Origin: Octopus vulgaris
Lineage: Eukaryota
NCBI GenBank assembly: GCA_951406725.2
Contig: OX597833.1
Span: forward strand, 13,330,001-13,394,000
DNA length: 64,000 bases
Direction of reading: 5' to 3'
Shown: positions 50,369 to 64,000 of the stretch, in pieces
How the letters are laid out: each line of letters begins with the position of its first letter
How positions within the stretch are numbered: position 1 is the first letter of the stretch
Program-made: the position numbers and the translations under genes
The notes under the pieces: generated by a model
What the model was told of the DNA's origin: nothing
The model's input: only the letters and a program-made list of their open reading frames with translations
The model's database searches: none

Positions 50369-50623
50369 CTTTTACATAAAATATATTATCCAAACACAAA
50401 CTTTTGAAGACAATAAAAAGGCAAACTTACTACTATATAGTAGTCCTTTGGCTGCTATTTCTAAAATTTTCGGTATGTGGTCAAGCAGCTTGTTGCAAAA
50501 ACTCTTATTATTATAATTATATAAGTTTTTCACCGAATATGGTCTTTTTCCTTACCGAAATACTACTAGGTGAAATTTGTTGATTTCATTAAAGTAATTA
50601 TATTTCACCCTATATCTGTAATG

Positions 50624-50700
<77 letters not shown>

Positions 50701-50903
50701 ATCCAAACAGGAAAGCACAAAAAAACACAACAACGCAAGGACGTGGAACAAATATAGTATTATTGGACTCTTAGGAAGGAAGGAAAGAAGGAGGGTTTAA
50801 CGTTTCGAGCGGAGATCTTCGTCGGAAACATAGGAGAAGGAAAGATCCAGAGAAGAGAAGACAGAGGGAAAAAATCGCCAACCATACACCCGAGGTCACA
50901 TTT

Positions 50904-50953
<50 letters not shown>

Positions 50954-52247
50954 GAGGTCACATTTTGATATATATATATATATATATAATAAGTAATGCC
51001 CCTGACCAACTTCCCATAGCAGTAGAGCAATGAACCACGGCGGAGTTTGAACTCAGAACGTAAAGTCAGACGAAATACTCATTTCTTTACTACCCACAAG
51101 GGGATAAACACAAAAGGGACAAACAAGGACAGACAAACAGATTAAGTCGATTATATCGACCCCAGTGCGTAACTGGTACTTAATTTATCGACCCTGAAAG
51201 GATGAAAGGCAAAGTCGACCTCGGCGGAGTTTGAACTCACAACGTAGCGCAGACAAAATACCGCTAAGCATTTCGCCCGGCGTGCTAACGTTTCTGCCAG
51301 CTCGCCGTGCAACTAATACTGATTCTGTTACACACAACGAATTTTTATTGAAACGGCCGCCTAATTGTAACGTCAGTGACTTTTCCATTACTGCTTTTCT
51401 TTATCAGAAATGACTGATTCCGTCTTAGCATGCTGTCATCAGAAGATACTTGCTACTGACGAAACTCAAAGAAGAAATGTACATTTCACAATGACACCAA
51501 AGGACGATTTTAATCCACTACTTCTATATTTTTGAGTTATTTAGCATTGTATGTTACATAAGAGATACTACCTCGAGACGAATACCGCCGTTAATTTAGG
51601 CTTTGTATGATGTATCTGCTTTAAGTAACAATCACCGATTACTCTGTATATAAGCTTTTAATGTCTGGGTAGAAATATGGGTGGTTTTTAAGTAGGCGAC
51701 CCTAAAGATTCACCCCCTCTTTGTATTTGAAAAACGTGTTCACATCTGTACAGCAGCTGATCTCTAAAATACTGCAGAGGAATAAGTGTATCTGCGTGCA
51801 AGTGTATACGCATGTATGTATGTATGCATGTATGTATGTGTGCATGTATGTATGCATGTATGTATGAATGTATGCATGTATGTATGTATGTATGAATGTA
51901 TGTATGTATGTATGTATGTATGTATGTATGTATGTTTCTACGTACGTACGTACGTATGTATGTATGTATGTATGTATGCATGCATGTATATATGTATTAT
52001 GGTTGCGTGTATGTGTTTGTATATATATGTTTGTGTGTATATATACATGTATGTTAATACATGCACATATAATTGTATCTGCGTGCATATGTATACGTAT
52101 GTATGTATTTACGTACGTATGCATGTATGTATGTATTATGTTTGTATGTATGTGTTCGTATGCATATGTTTGTGTGCATATATACATGTATGCATTATGT
52201 TTCTGTGCATGTTTGCGCGTATATATGCATGTATGTATATATGCATA

Positions 52248-52627
52248 CTAGCAGTATCGCCCGGCGTTGCTCGGGTTTGTTTCGACCCTTTAGAATTATA
52301 ATTTTTGAAAAGGAAAAATTTTGCATTATGTAGCTTGTTATTCTCTTTAAGTGAACATTTTTCTGGTTGAAATACACCGAAAAATGGCGACACAGCTGTC
52401 AAAAAATCGTAAAAAATAGGGATTTTCATAGAAAAAAAAGCACCTTTTTGATGTAATTGATTTTTGGTGTTAACATGGTCTGATTTCAATTTTTTCTCCT
52501 ACGGAAAGAAGAGCAAGCCGTCTTCTATCATACTCTCAATATTGGTCAACTTGTGCCGCAGGGTCTCGGAGGAGATAGTGTTTCTTGAAGGCTACCAAAT
52601 CTGCCATAAACAGACAACTTCAGCTCT

Positions 52628-52630
<3 letters not shown>
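52248..52630 (-). mobile_element. non-autonomous Helitron (family A)
   Basis: Family match; absent from the duplicated block at 61.5-61.9 kb. Confidence 0.9.
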
Positions 52631-52681
<51 letters not shown>

Positions 52682-52949
52682 ATTCGAGACAAAACCACTA
52701 TTTTAAAACCAAACAAGGAAAGACTTAATCAATACATAAAATTTTAATATAAATTAAATAAAATAAATAAATAAAATAAATAATTTATTTAATTTATATT
52801 AAAATTTTATGTATTGATTAAGTCTTTCCTTGTTTGGTTTTAAAATAGTGGTTTTGTCTCGAATTATATTCTATAATAATTTACTATAAAATTGGATTTA
52901 ACCCTAAATCTGATTTTTCCCTGTAATTTTGGATTCATTCCCTAATATT

Positions 52950-53524
<575 letters not shown>

Positions 53525-54411
53525 TGCAGGAGTCGCTGTGTGGTAAGTAGCTTGCTTACCAACCACAAGGTTCCGGGTTCAGTACCACGGCGTATAGTAT
53601 CTTCTACTATAGCCTCGAGCCGACCAAAGCCTTGTGAGTGGATTTGGTAGACGGAACCCAACCAAATTCACAGAAATGTCAATGTAAAAAGGAAAACAGA
53701 TTAGTTTTATCCGTGAAAAGAAAAGCCTACGGAAACACCACGGTAACCTTGGGCAAGAATGTCATACAAAAAGCACATTACAGTAAATGTTTCTCTTTTT
53801 CCTTTCTTTTTTTCGTTCATAGGATCATGCTCAAGGTGGCTTCGTCATTCATACGTGCCATCCTTGCTACATTCACCCATCTTTTTTTAAAACATTCGCT
53901 AGACAAAACTTGCCTCTTTACTCTCACTTTCCTCTTCAAGTGATACTTGAAGAAGTTGATGAGAGGTTGACCAGAGAGGAAAGTGTTTGTCTCCAATCCT
54001 TTCAGATGCGTCCACCAGATACATTCTTTCGCCATAGTTGGTGGTGGTCGTGGCAGAGTTGTCCGTAGTATACGTTGACTGTGAAGGTGTGGTCTGGGTT
54101 CTTCCAATTCTTCGTGTGTCGGCGTCCATGCTCGCACCTGCACCTGTCTCACTCCTCCCCTTCTTTCCCTCCCTCGTGAAGCAGTGGGGAAGGGGAGGGG
54201 AGGGAAATCAACGTCGTAAGCGTTGTCAAGGAGACCACCGTTCTTCTCGAAGAACGACTTCATGGCTTTGAAGTCGCCATGCTCAAAGCAGAAAATGGCT
54301 AGGAAAGCCGAAGACGAATTTACAAAATGGGGAAACACGCCACACAAAGGCAGGTTTCCCGTGCAAAGAATTTGCACAACCGAATGTATTTTGTATTTAT
54401 TAGTTGTTGCA

Positions 54412-57400
54412 CAATAGACGTCATTGATTAGTTGAAATTGCAGAAGAAAAACCAGCAAATATCTTACAAACTCTAGAATTTTCTGAATAAAGCCAAGAAA
54501 AAAAAATGTTTTATTTTGACACATTCTACAAGTATACGAAGTTTAAAAATTTTTTGAGAAGAACGGTGGTCTCCTTGACAACGCTTCACAGGTGCATGTG
54601 TGAGCCTGGACGCCGACACACGGAAAATTGGTGGTGGTGGTGGTGGTGGTGGTGGTGGTGGTGGTGGTGATGATGGTGGTGGTGATGATGGTGGTGGTGG
54701 TGATGGTGGTGGTGGTGGCGGCAATGGTGGTAATGATGGCGGTGGTGGTGGAGTTGGTGATGGTGGTGGTGATGGTGGTGGTGATGATGGTGGTGGTGAT
54801 GGAGTTGGTGGTGGTGGTTGTGGTGGTGATGGTGGTGGTGGTGGTGGTGGTGATGGTGGTGGCGGTGGTGGTGGTGGTGGCGGCGGCGATGGTGGTGGTG
54901 GTGGTTGTGGTGGCGGTGATGGTGGCGGCGATGGTGGTTGTGATGGTGGCGGCGATGGTGGTAATGATGATGGTGGTGGTGGTGGTGGTGGTGGCGGCAA
55001 CGTTGGTGGTGATGGTGGCGGCGATGGTGGTGGTGATGGTGGTGGTGGTGGTGGTGGTGGTGGTGGTGGTGGCGATGATGATGGTAGTGGCAGTAATGAT
55101 GATGGTGGTGGTGGTGATGGTGGTGGTGGTGGTGGTGGCGGTGATGATGGTGGTGGTGGTGGTGGTGGCGATGGTGGTGGTGATGCTGGCGACGATGGTG
55201 GTGGTTATGGTAGTGGTGGTGGTGGTGATGGTGAAGGTGGTGGTGGTGGTGGCGGTGATGGTGGTGGTGGTGGTGGCGGCGATGGTTGTGGTGATGGTGG
55301 TGGTGGTGGTGGTGGTGGTGATGGTGGTGGTGATTATAGCGGCGATGGTGGTGGTGATGGTGGTGGTGAAGGTGGTGGTGGTGGTGGTGGCGTTGATAGT
55401 GGTGGTGATGGTGGCGGCGTTGGTGGTGGTGATGATGGTGGATAAGGTGGTGGTGGTGATGGTGGGGGTGATGGTGGTGGTGATGGTGGTGGTGAAGGTG
55501 ATGGTGGTGGTGGCGGTGATGGTGGTGGTGATGGTGGTGGTGATGGTGGTGGTGAAGGTGGTGGTGAAGGTGGTGGTGGCGGTGATAGTGGTGGTGATGG
55601 TGGCGGCGATGGTGGTGGTGAAGGTGGTGGTGAAGGTGGTGGTAGTGGTGATGGTGGCGGCAATGGTGGTGGTGATGGTGGTGGTGATGGTGTTGGTGGT
55701 GGTGTTGGCGATGGTGGTGGTGATGGTGGCGCCGAAGGTGGTGGTCATGGTGGTGGTGAAGTTGGTGGTGGTGGCGGTGATGGTGGTGGTGATGGTGGCG
55801 GCGATGGTGGCGGCGATGGTGGTGGTGGTGGCGGCGATGGTGGTGGTGGCGGCGATGGTGGTGGTGATGGCGGCGGCGATGGTGGTGGTAATGGTGGTGG
55901 TGGTGGTGGTGGTGGTGGTGAAGGTGGTGATGGTTGTGGTGGTGGCGGTGATGAGGTGGTGATGGTGGCGGCGATGGTGGTGGAGATGGTGGTGGTTAAG
56001 GTGGTGGTGGTAGTGGTGGTGGTGGCGGCGGTGATGATGGTGGTGATGGTGGCGGCGATGGTGGTTGCGGCGATGGTGGTGGGAATAGTGGCGGCGATGG
56101 TGCTGGTGATGGTGGTGGTCGTGGTGGTGATGGTCGTGGTCGTGGTGGTCGTGGTTGTCGTGGCAGAGTTGTCCGTAGTAGTCGTTGACTGTGAAGTTGT
56201 CGTCTGGGTTCTTCCAATTCTTCGTGTGTCGGCGTCCATGCTCGCACGTGCACCTGTCTTGCTCCTCCCCTTCTTTCCCTCCCTCGTGAAGCAGTGGGGA
56301 AGGGGAGGGTAGGGTAATCAACGTCAAAAGCGTTGTCAAGGAGACCACCGTTCTTCTCGAAGAACGACTTCATGGCTTTGAAGTCGCCATGCTCAAAGCA
56401 GAAAATGGCTAGGAAAGCCGAAGACGAAGTTACAAAATGGGGAAACACGCCACACAAAGGCAGGTTTCCCGTGCAAAGAATTTGCGCAACCGAATGTATT
56501 TTGTATTTATTAGTTGTTGCACAATAGACGTCATTGATTAGTTGAAATTGCAGAAGAAAAACCAGCAAATATCTTACAAACTCTAGAATTTTCTGAATAA
56601 AGCCAAGAAAAAAAAATGTTTTATTTTGACACATTCTACAAGTATACGAAGTTTAAAAATTTTTTGAGAAGAACGGTGGTCTCCTTGACAACGCTTCACA
56701 GGTGCATGTGTGAGCCTGGACGCCGACACACGGAAAATTGGTGGTGGTGGTGGTGGTGGTGGTGGTGGTGGTGGTGGTGATGATGGTGGTGGTGATGATG
56801 GTGGTGGTGGTGATGGTGGTGGTGGTGGCGGCAATGGTGGTAATGATGGCGGTGGTGGTGGAGTTGGTGATGGTGGTGGTGATGGTGGTGGTGATGATGG
56901 TGGTGGTGATGGAGTTGGTGGTGGTGGTTGTGGTGGTGATGGTGGTGGTGGTGGTGGTGGTGATGGTGGTGGCGGTGGTGGTGGTGGTGGCGGCGGCGAT
57001 GGTGGTGGTGGTGGTTGTGGTGGCGGTGATGGTGGCGGCGATGGTGGTTGTGATGGTGGCGGCGATGGTGGTAATGATGATGGTGGTGGTGGTGGTGGTG
57101 GTGGCGGCAACGTTGGTGGTGATGGTGGCGGCGATGGTGGTGGTGATGGTGGTGGTGGTGGTGGTGGTGGTGGTGGTGGTGGCGATGATGATGGTAGTGG
57201 CAGTAATGATGATGGTGGTGGTGGTGATGGTGGTGGTGGTGGTGGTGGCGGTGATGATGGTGGTGGTGGTGGTGGTGGCGATGGTGGTGGTGATGCTGGC
57301 GACGATGGTGGTGGTTATGGTAGTGGTGGTGGTGGTGATGGTGAAGGTGGTGGTGGTGGTGGCGGTGATGGTGGTGGTGGTGGTGGCGGCGATGGTTGTG

Positions 57401-59728
57401 GTGATGGTGGTGGTGGTGGTGGTGGTGGTGATGGTGGTGGTGATTATAGCGGCGATGGTGGTGGTGATGGTGGTGGTGAAGGTGGTGGTGGTGGTGGTGG
57501 CGTTGATAGTGGTGGTGATGGTGGCGGCGTTGGTGGTGGTGATGATGGTGGATAAGGTGGTGGTGGTGATGGTGGGGGTGATGGTGGTGGTGATGGTGGT
57601 GGTGAAGGTGATGGTGGTGGTGGCGGTGATGGTGGTGGTGATGGTGGTGGTGATGGTGGTGGTGAAGGTGGTGGTGAAGGTGGTGGTGGCGGTGATAGTG
57701 GTGGTGATGGTGGCGGCGATGGTGGTGGTGAAGGTGGTGGTGAAGGTGGTGGTAGTGGTGATGGTGGCGGCAATGGTGGTGGTGATGGTGGTGGTGATGG
57801 TGTTGGTGGTGGTGTTGGCGATGGTGGTGGTGATGGTGGCGCCGAAGGTGGTGGTCATGGTGGTGGTGAAGTTGGTGGTGGTGGCGGTGATGGTGGTGGT
57901 GATGGTGGCGGCGATGGTGGCGGCGATGGTGGTGGTGGTGGCGGCGATGGTGGTGGTGGCGGCGATGGTGGTGGTGATGGCGGCGGCGATGGTGGTGGTA
58001 ATGGTGGTGGTGGTGGTGGTGGTGGTGGTGAAGGTGGTGATGGTTGTGGTGGTGGCGGTGATGAGGTGGTGATGGTGGCGGCGATGGTGGTGGAGATGGT
58101 GGTGGTTAAGGTGGTGGTGGTAGTGGTGGTGGTGGCGGCGGTGATGATGGTGGTGATGGTGGCGGCGATGGTGGTTGCGGCGATGGTGGTGGGAATAGTG
58201 GCGGCGATGGTGCTGGTGATGGTGGTGGTCGTGGTGGTGATGGTCGTGGTCGTGGTGGTCGTGGTTGTCGTGGCAGAGTTGTCCGTAGTAGTCGTTGACT
58301 GTGAAGTTGTCGTCTGGGTTCTTCCAATTCTTCGTGTGTCGGCGTCCATGCTCGCACGTGCACCTGTCTTGCTCCTCCCCTTCTTTCCCTCCCTCGTGAA
58401 GCAGTGGGGAAGGGGAGGGTAGGGTAATCAACGTCAAAAGCGTTGTCAAGGAGACCACCGTTCTTCTCGAAGAACGACTTCATGGCTTTGAAGTCGCCAT
58501 GCTCAAAGCAGAAAATGGCTAGGAAAGCCGAAGACGAAGTTACAAAATGGGGAAACACGCCACACAAAGGCAGGTTTCCCGTGCAAAGAATTTGCGCAAC
58601 CGAATGTATTTTGTATTTATTAGTTGTTGCACAATAGACGTCATTGATTAGTTGAAATTGCAGAAGAAAAACCAGCAAATATCTTACAAACTCTAGAATT
58701 TTCTGAATAAAGCCAAGAGAAAAAAATGTTTTATTTTGACACATTCTACAAGTATACGAAGTTTAAAATGATTTTGAGAAGAACGGTGGTCTCCTTGACA
58801 ACGCTTCACAGGTGCATGTGTGAGCCTGGACGCCGACACACGGAAAATTGGTGGTGTTGGTTGTGGTGGTGGTGGTGGTGGTGGTGGTGGTGATGATGGT
58901 GGTGGTGATGATGGTGGTGGTGGTGGTGGCGGTGGTGATAATGATGGTGGTGGTGGAGTTGGTGGTGGTGATGGTAGTGGAGTTCGTGGTGGTGGTGGTG
59001 GTGATGGTGGTGGTGGTGGTGGTGGTGGTGCGATGGTGGTGGTGGTGGTGGTGGTGGTGATGGTGGTGGTGGTGGTGATGGTCGTGGTGGTGGTGGTGGT
59101 GGCGATGGTGGTGGTGGTGGTGGTGGTGGTGGTGATGGTGGCGGCGATGGTGGTGATGCTGGTGGTGAAGGTGGTGGTGGTGGTGGTGGTTGTGGTGGCG
59201 GTGATGGTGGTGTTGATTGTGGCGGCGATGGTGGTGGTGATGGTGGTGGTGATGGTGGTAGCGGCGATGGTGGTGGTGATGGTGGCGGCGATGGTGGTGG
59301 TGATGGTGGTGGTGATGGTGGTGGTGGTGGTGGTGATGGTGGTGGTCGTCGTGGTGGTGGTCGTCGTGGCAGACTTGTCCGTAGTAGTCCTTGACTGTGA
59401 AGCTGTCGTCTGGGTTCTTCCAATTCTTCGTGTGTCGGCGTCCATTCTCGCACGTGCACCTGTGTTGCTCCTCCCCTTCTTTCCCTCCCTCGTGAAGCAG
59501 TGGGGAAGGGGAGGGAGGGAAATCAACGTCGTAAGCGTTGTCAAGGAGACCACCGTTCTTCTCGAAGAACGACTTCATGGCTTTGAAGTCGCCATGCCCA
59601 AAGCAGAAAATGGCTAGGAAAGCCGAAGACGAATTTACAAAATGGGGAAACACGCCACACAAAGGCAGGTTTCCCGTGCAAAGAATTTGCACAACCGAAT
59701 GTATTTTGTATTTATTAGTTGTTGCACA
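54412..59728. repeat. macrosatellite array: two 2110-bp units plus one unit of about 1.1 kb
   Basis: The ORF track repeats with an exact 2110 offset (for example 54543/56653). Confidence 0.95.
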
Positions 59729-59981
59729 ACTTTTACATAAAAAATATTATCCAAACACAAACGTTTGAAGACAATAAAAAGGCAAACTTACTACTATATA
59801 GTAGTCCTTGGCTGCTATTTCTAAAATTTTCGGTATGTGGTCAAGCAACTTGTTGCAAAGACCCTTATTATTATAATTATATAAGTTTTTCACCGAATAT
59901 GGTCTTTTTCCATACCGAAATACTACTAGGTGAAATTTGTTGATTTTATTAAAGTAATTATATTTCACCCAATATCTGTAA

Positions 59982-60034
<53 letters not shown>

Positions 60035-60231
60035 ATCCAAACAGGAAAGCACAAAAAAACACAACAACGCAAGGACGTGGAACAAATATAGTATTATTGG
60101 ACGCTTAAGAAAGAAGGAAAGAAGGAGGGTTTAACGTTTCGAGCGGAGATCTTCGTCGGAAACATAGGAGAAGGAAAGATCCAGAGAAGACGGAGGAAAA
60201 AATCGCCAACCATACACCCGAGGTCACATTT

Positions 60232-60262
<31 letters not shown>

Positions 60263-60292
60263 CGAGGTTACATTTTGATTGATATATATATA

Positions 60293-60358
60293 TACGAGGG
60301 GCGTTCAATAAGTAATGCCCCTGACCCACTTCCCATAGCAGTAGAGCAACGAAACTCG
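60293..60358 (+). mobile_element. mariner-like terminal fragment
   Basis: TA|cgaggggcgttcaataagtaatgc resembles mariner TIR starts; truncated copy at about 50988. Confidence 0.5.
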
Positions 60359-61104
60359 GCGGAGTTTGAACTCAGAACGTAAAGTCAGACGAAACTCATT
60401 TCTTTACTACCCACAAGGGGATAAACACAAAAGGGACAAACAAGCACAGACAAACGGATTAAGTCGATTATATCGACCCCAGTGCGTAACTAGTACTTAA
60501 TTCATCGACCCCGAAAGGATGAAAGGCAAAGTCGACCTCGGTGGAATTTGAACTCAGAACGTAACGGCAGATGAAATACCGCTAAGCATTTCGCCCGGCG
60601 TGCTAACGGTTCTGCCAGCTCGCCGTGCAACTAATACTGATTCCGTTACACACAACGAATTTTTATTCAAACAACTGCCTAATTGTAACGTCAGTGACTT
60701 TTCCATTACTGCTTTTCTTTATCAGAAGTGACTGATTCCGTCTGAGCATGCTGTCATCAGAAGATACTTGCTACTGACGAAACTCTAAGAAGAAATGTAC
60801 ATTTCACAATGACACCACAGGACGATTTTAATCTACTACTTCTATACTTTTGAGTTATTTAGCATTGTATGTTACATAAGAGATACTACCTCGAGACGAA
60901 TACCGTTGTTAATTTAGGCTTTGTATGATGTATCTGCTTTAAGTAACAATCACCGATTGTTCTGTAAATAAGCTTTTAAAGTCTGGGTAAAAATGTGGCT
61001 GGTTTGTAAGTAGGCGACCGTAAAGATTCACTCTCTCTTTGTATTTGAAAAACGTGTTCACATCTGTACGGCAGCTGATCTCTAAAATACTGCAGAGGAA
61101 TAAG

Positions 61105-61854
61105 TGTATCTGCGTGCAAGTGTATACGCATGTATGTATGTATGCATGTATGTATGTGTGCATGTATGTATGCATGTATGTATGTGTGCATGTATGTATG
61201 AATGTATGCATTTATGCATGTATGTATGTATGTATGTATGTATGTATGTATGTATGTATGTATGAATGTATGTATGTATGCATGTATGTGTGTATGTATG
61301 TATGTATTATGGTTGCGTGTATGTGTTTGTATATATATGTTTGTGTGTAAATATACATGTATCTTAATACATGCACATATAATTGTATCTGCGTTCATAT
61401 GTATACGTATGTATGTATGTATGTATGTACGAATGTATGTATGTATGCATGTATGTATGTATTATGGTTGCATGTATGTGTTTGCATGTATATGTTTGTG
61501 TGTATATGCTTGTGTGTATATATACATGTATGTATACACATGCACATATAACTATCTGCGTGCATGTGTATACGTATGTATGTATGTATGTATTATGTAT
61601 GTATGTAGTATGTATGTATGTATGTATGTATGTATGCTTTGTGTGTGTATGTATGTATGTATGTACATACGTATGCATGCATGTACGTATGTATTATGTT
61701 TGCATGTATGTGTTCGTATGTGTATAAATGCACGTATAACTGTATCTGCGTGCATGTGTATACGTATATATGTATGCATTATGTTTGTGCGCATGTTTGT
61801 GTGTATATATGCATGTATGTATACATGTGTGTGTATAAGCATGTCTGTCTGTAT

Positions 61855-61855
<1 letters not shown>
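61105..61855. repeat. (TATG)n compound satellite (paralogue at 51785-52245)
   Basis: Seen directly. Confidence 0.9.
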
Positions 61856-61917
<62 letters not shown>

Positions 61918-62030
61918 GAGATTCAGTTGAATTGGTTACTTAAGTTGAATCACCAAGTCCGGTATTATATGCATAGCTCAAAGTAAGGTGAATAAAATAA
62001 AAAAAAGCTCAAAATAAAATTATATATATA

Positions 62031-62073
62031 GTAGCAGAGATACCCGGCGCTGCACGGGATTAAAATGGCATAG

Positions 62074-62104
<31 letters not shown>

Positions 62105-62900
62105 TACAGTTATGTTGAAACAGGTGATACGGGAAAGTGCAGCATTGACAACAAAACCTAGGCCCCAACTGGTCATGGAAATTAGGGGTGGCAGGTATAT
62201 GATTTTTGAACGCACCGAAAAGCTGTCAGTGGATATACACTCCTTTGAGGCAGTCGGCGCTGCGTCTAACACGACCCATTGTCTGAAGTTTTGACATCTT
62301 CGGGTTTGTTGTCCTACATCACTCATAGAGTAAATTTGGAGGAACTGTGGTTGTTCATTCGCGGGTACTAGAGAACCAATGAGGGGATAGACTTGCCCTT
62401 GAACTTTGAACGTTGGCGTAAATCCATGTTCAACTATGTCCTTAGATGCACCAAACGATGTCATTTGAAATGCAGGGTTGTATTGTCTGATATTGTTCAG
62501 AAAATCATTTGACTGGATGACAATGCCTTCCAGAAGATCTATAAGAGGTTGAGGTGGAGCTGGTAGTCCTGGCAATCTTACCTTACCGCCTGAGCAGCGC
62601 ATACCATTAGTTTCATTTGAACATTTGGGGTAAGTTTCAGCTCCCTTCTGTATTGAGACTCCACCTGACGTACTACAGTATGCCTTCAAAGATGTTGGAA
62701 AAATCTCATCTCCCTTCTCTCTTGAGACTCCATTTGACGTGCTGCAACATGCGTTCGCTGATCTTAAGAAAATCTCATCTCCTTTCTCTCTCTTAAGACT
62801 CTCGCCTTCGGTTTTCTACAATCTTCCTTGCTTTACAGTAGTTCCTTGAGAAATTACATCTTTTCCTTGGTGGCATCTTTCAGTATTGTAAATAAAAAAT
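62031..62900 (-). mobile_element. deleted autonomous-derived Helitron with RepHel N-terminal fragment
   Basis: CSGGKVRLP..PPQPL..FLNNIRQYNPAFQMTSFGA..FKVQGQVYPLIGSL..PQFLQIY is the RepHel N-terminal signature; 3' hairpin cccgtgcagcgccggg near 62045. Confidence 0.9.
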
Positions 62901-63109
62901 TATGGACATCGAAAAAAATTATACACTAATCTCAATTTTTGTAAGCATGAGTATGCATTTGCGCTCTTCCTACAGCATTAAAAGTATTTTAACTCTTATT
63001 TCTAGCAATGTATGTATGTGCTCCGGCACCTTCAGTCACATTTAGTGACGATTGAATTTTTCCTTTATGGTATCACATTGCACCTAGGTGTTTATATTAA
63101 CTTTAAAAC

Positions 63110-63172
<63 letters not shown>

Positions 63173-63242
63173 ATAAGAGTAGCTCGTATACGAGTGGGTA
63201 TATATTTGTAAAAAATGAAGTTTGAAAATGCCGCTATAAATA

Positions 63243-63454
63243 TGCCCTTTTAAAGCCTATCCAGGCTCATGGGCCCGGTTTCCCGGTTCCTATGGCGCAT
63301 GTGTTCCCCAGCTGGACGGGACGCAAGTCCATCGCAGCGTTACTCATTTTTGCCAGCTGAGTGGACTGGAGCAATGTGAAATGAAGTGCTTTGCTCAAGT
63401 ACACAACGCGTCGCCCGGTCCAGGAATCGAAACCACAATCTTACGAACATGGTG

Positions 63455-63455
<1 letters not shown>
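63243..63455 (-). mobile_element. V-domain SINE
   Basis: Sense ttgagcaaagcacttcatttcacattgctccagtccactcagctg...ctgcgatggacttgcgtcccgtccag. Confidence 0.8.
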
Positions 63456-63508
<53 letters not shown>

Positions 63509-63758
63509 AAGTATCCTTCCAAAATGCCTGCGGGATCCGCATGGTGTGGGCGTAGGTGTCATCAAAACAAATCTGGATCTCCTCTTGTCAAGGGTTCCGG
63601 ATGAACCTACCTCACAGCAAGAAAAACAGATGAGAGCAGCTGCATCAAACTCCCTCGTTCGCTAAATACCACATATCAGAGGAGGTTTGAAATATAAGTG
63701 TTGCAAAGTCAAGGGAGGTGCCCCAGCATGGCTGCAGCTGTCGAACTGAAGCTAAAGT
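63509..63758 (+). mobile_element. CR1-like LINE 3' end
   Basis: SILPKCLRD..IKTNLDLLLSRVPDEPTSQQEKQMRAAASNSL followed by a short 3' UTR. Confidence 0.75.
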
Positions 63759-63789
63759 GTTTTATATATATATATTCATTTATTTTTTC

Positions 63790-64000
63790 ATTTACTTGTT
63801 TCAGTCATTTGACTGCGGCCATGCTGGAGCACCGCCTTTAGTCGAGCAAATCGACCCCGGGACTTATTCTTTCTAAGCCTAGTACTTATACTTACGGTCT
63901 GTTTGCCGAACCACTAAGTTACGGGGACATAAACATACCAGCATCAGTTGACAAACGATGGTGGTGGGGCTGAACAAACACAAACACACACACACACACG
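63790..64000 (-). mobile_element. CORE-like SINE 3' half
   Basis: Family match. Confidence 0.9.

Overview
Repeat-dominated eukaryotic intergenic/intronic DNA, almost certainly from an octopus: it carries tRNA-Arg OR1/OR2-like and Nin-domain-like SINEs and an extreme microsatellite load. I find no supportable host protein-coding gene or RNA gene. The long ORFs are reading-frame artefacts of (TG)n, (TA)n, (GA)n and (GGT)n tracts. The window is a layered transposon landscape. It holds at least four SINE families, non-LTR remnants (Tx1/L1, RTE, R4/Dong, CR1-like, Penelope-like), mariner relics, hAT/Tc2/GG-TIR MITEs and several Helitrons. From about 46.9 to 61.9 kb there is a tandem segmental duplication containing a chimeric macrosatellite whose (GGT)n cores are bracketed by inverted repeats. 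The most interesting signals are: (i) a SINE whose 3' tail matches the 3' end of Tx1-like LINEs in the same window, which inserts preferentially at RGTAYT and builds self-nested tandem arrays; (ii) about nine minimal Penelope-type hammerhead ribozyme motifs; (iii) a second SINE-LINE tail match (CR1-like); (iv) the inverted-repeat-bracketed GGT macrosatellite. Family names come from motif recognition by eye, not database searches, and most boundaries are approximate.
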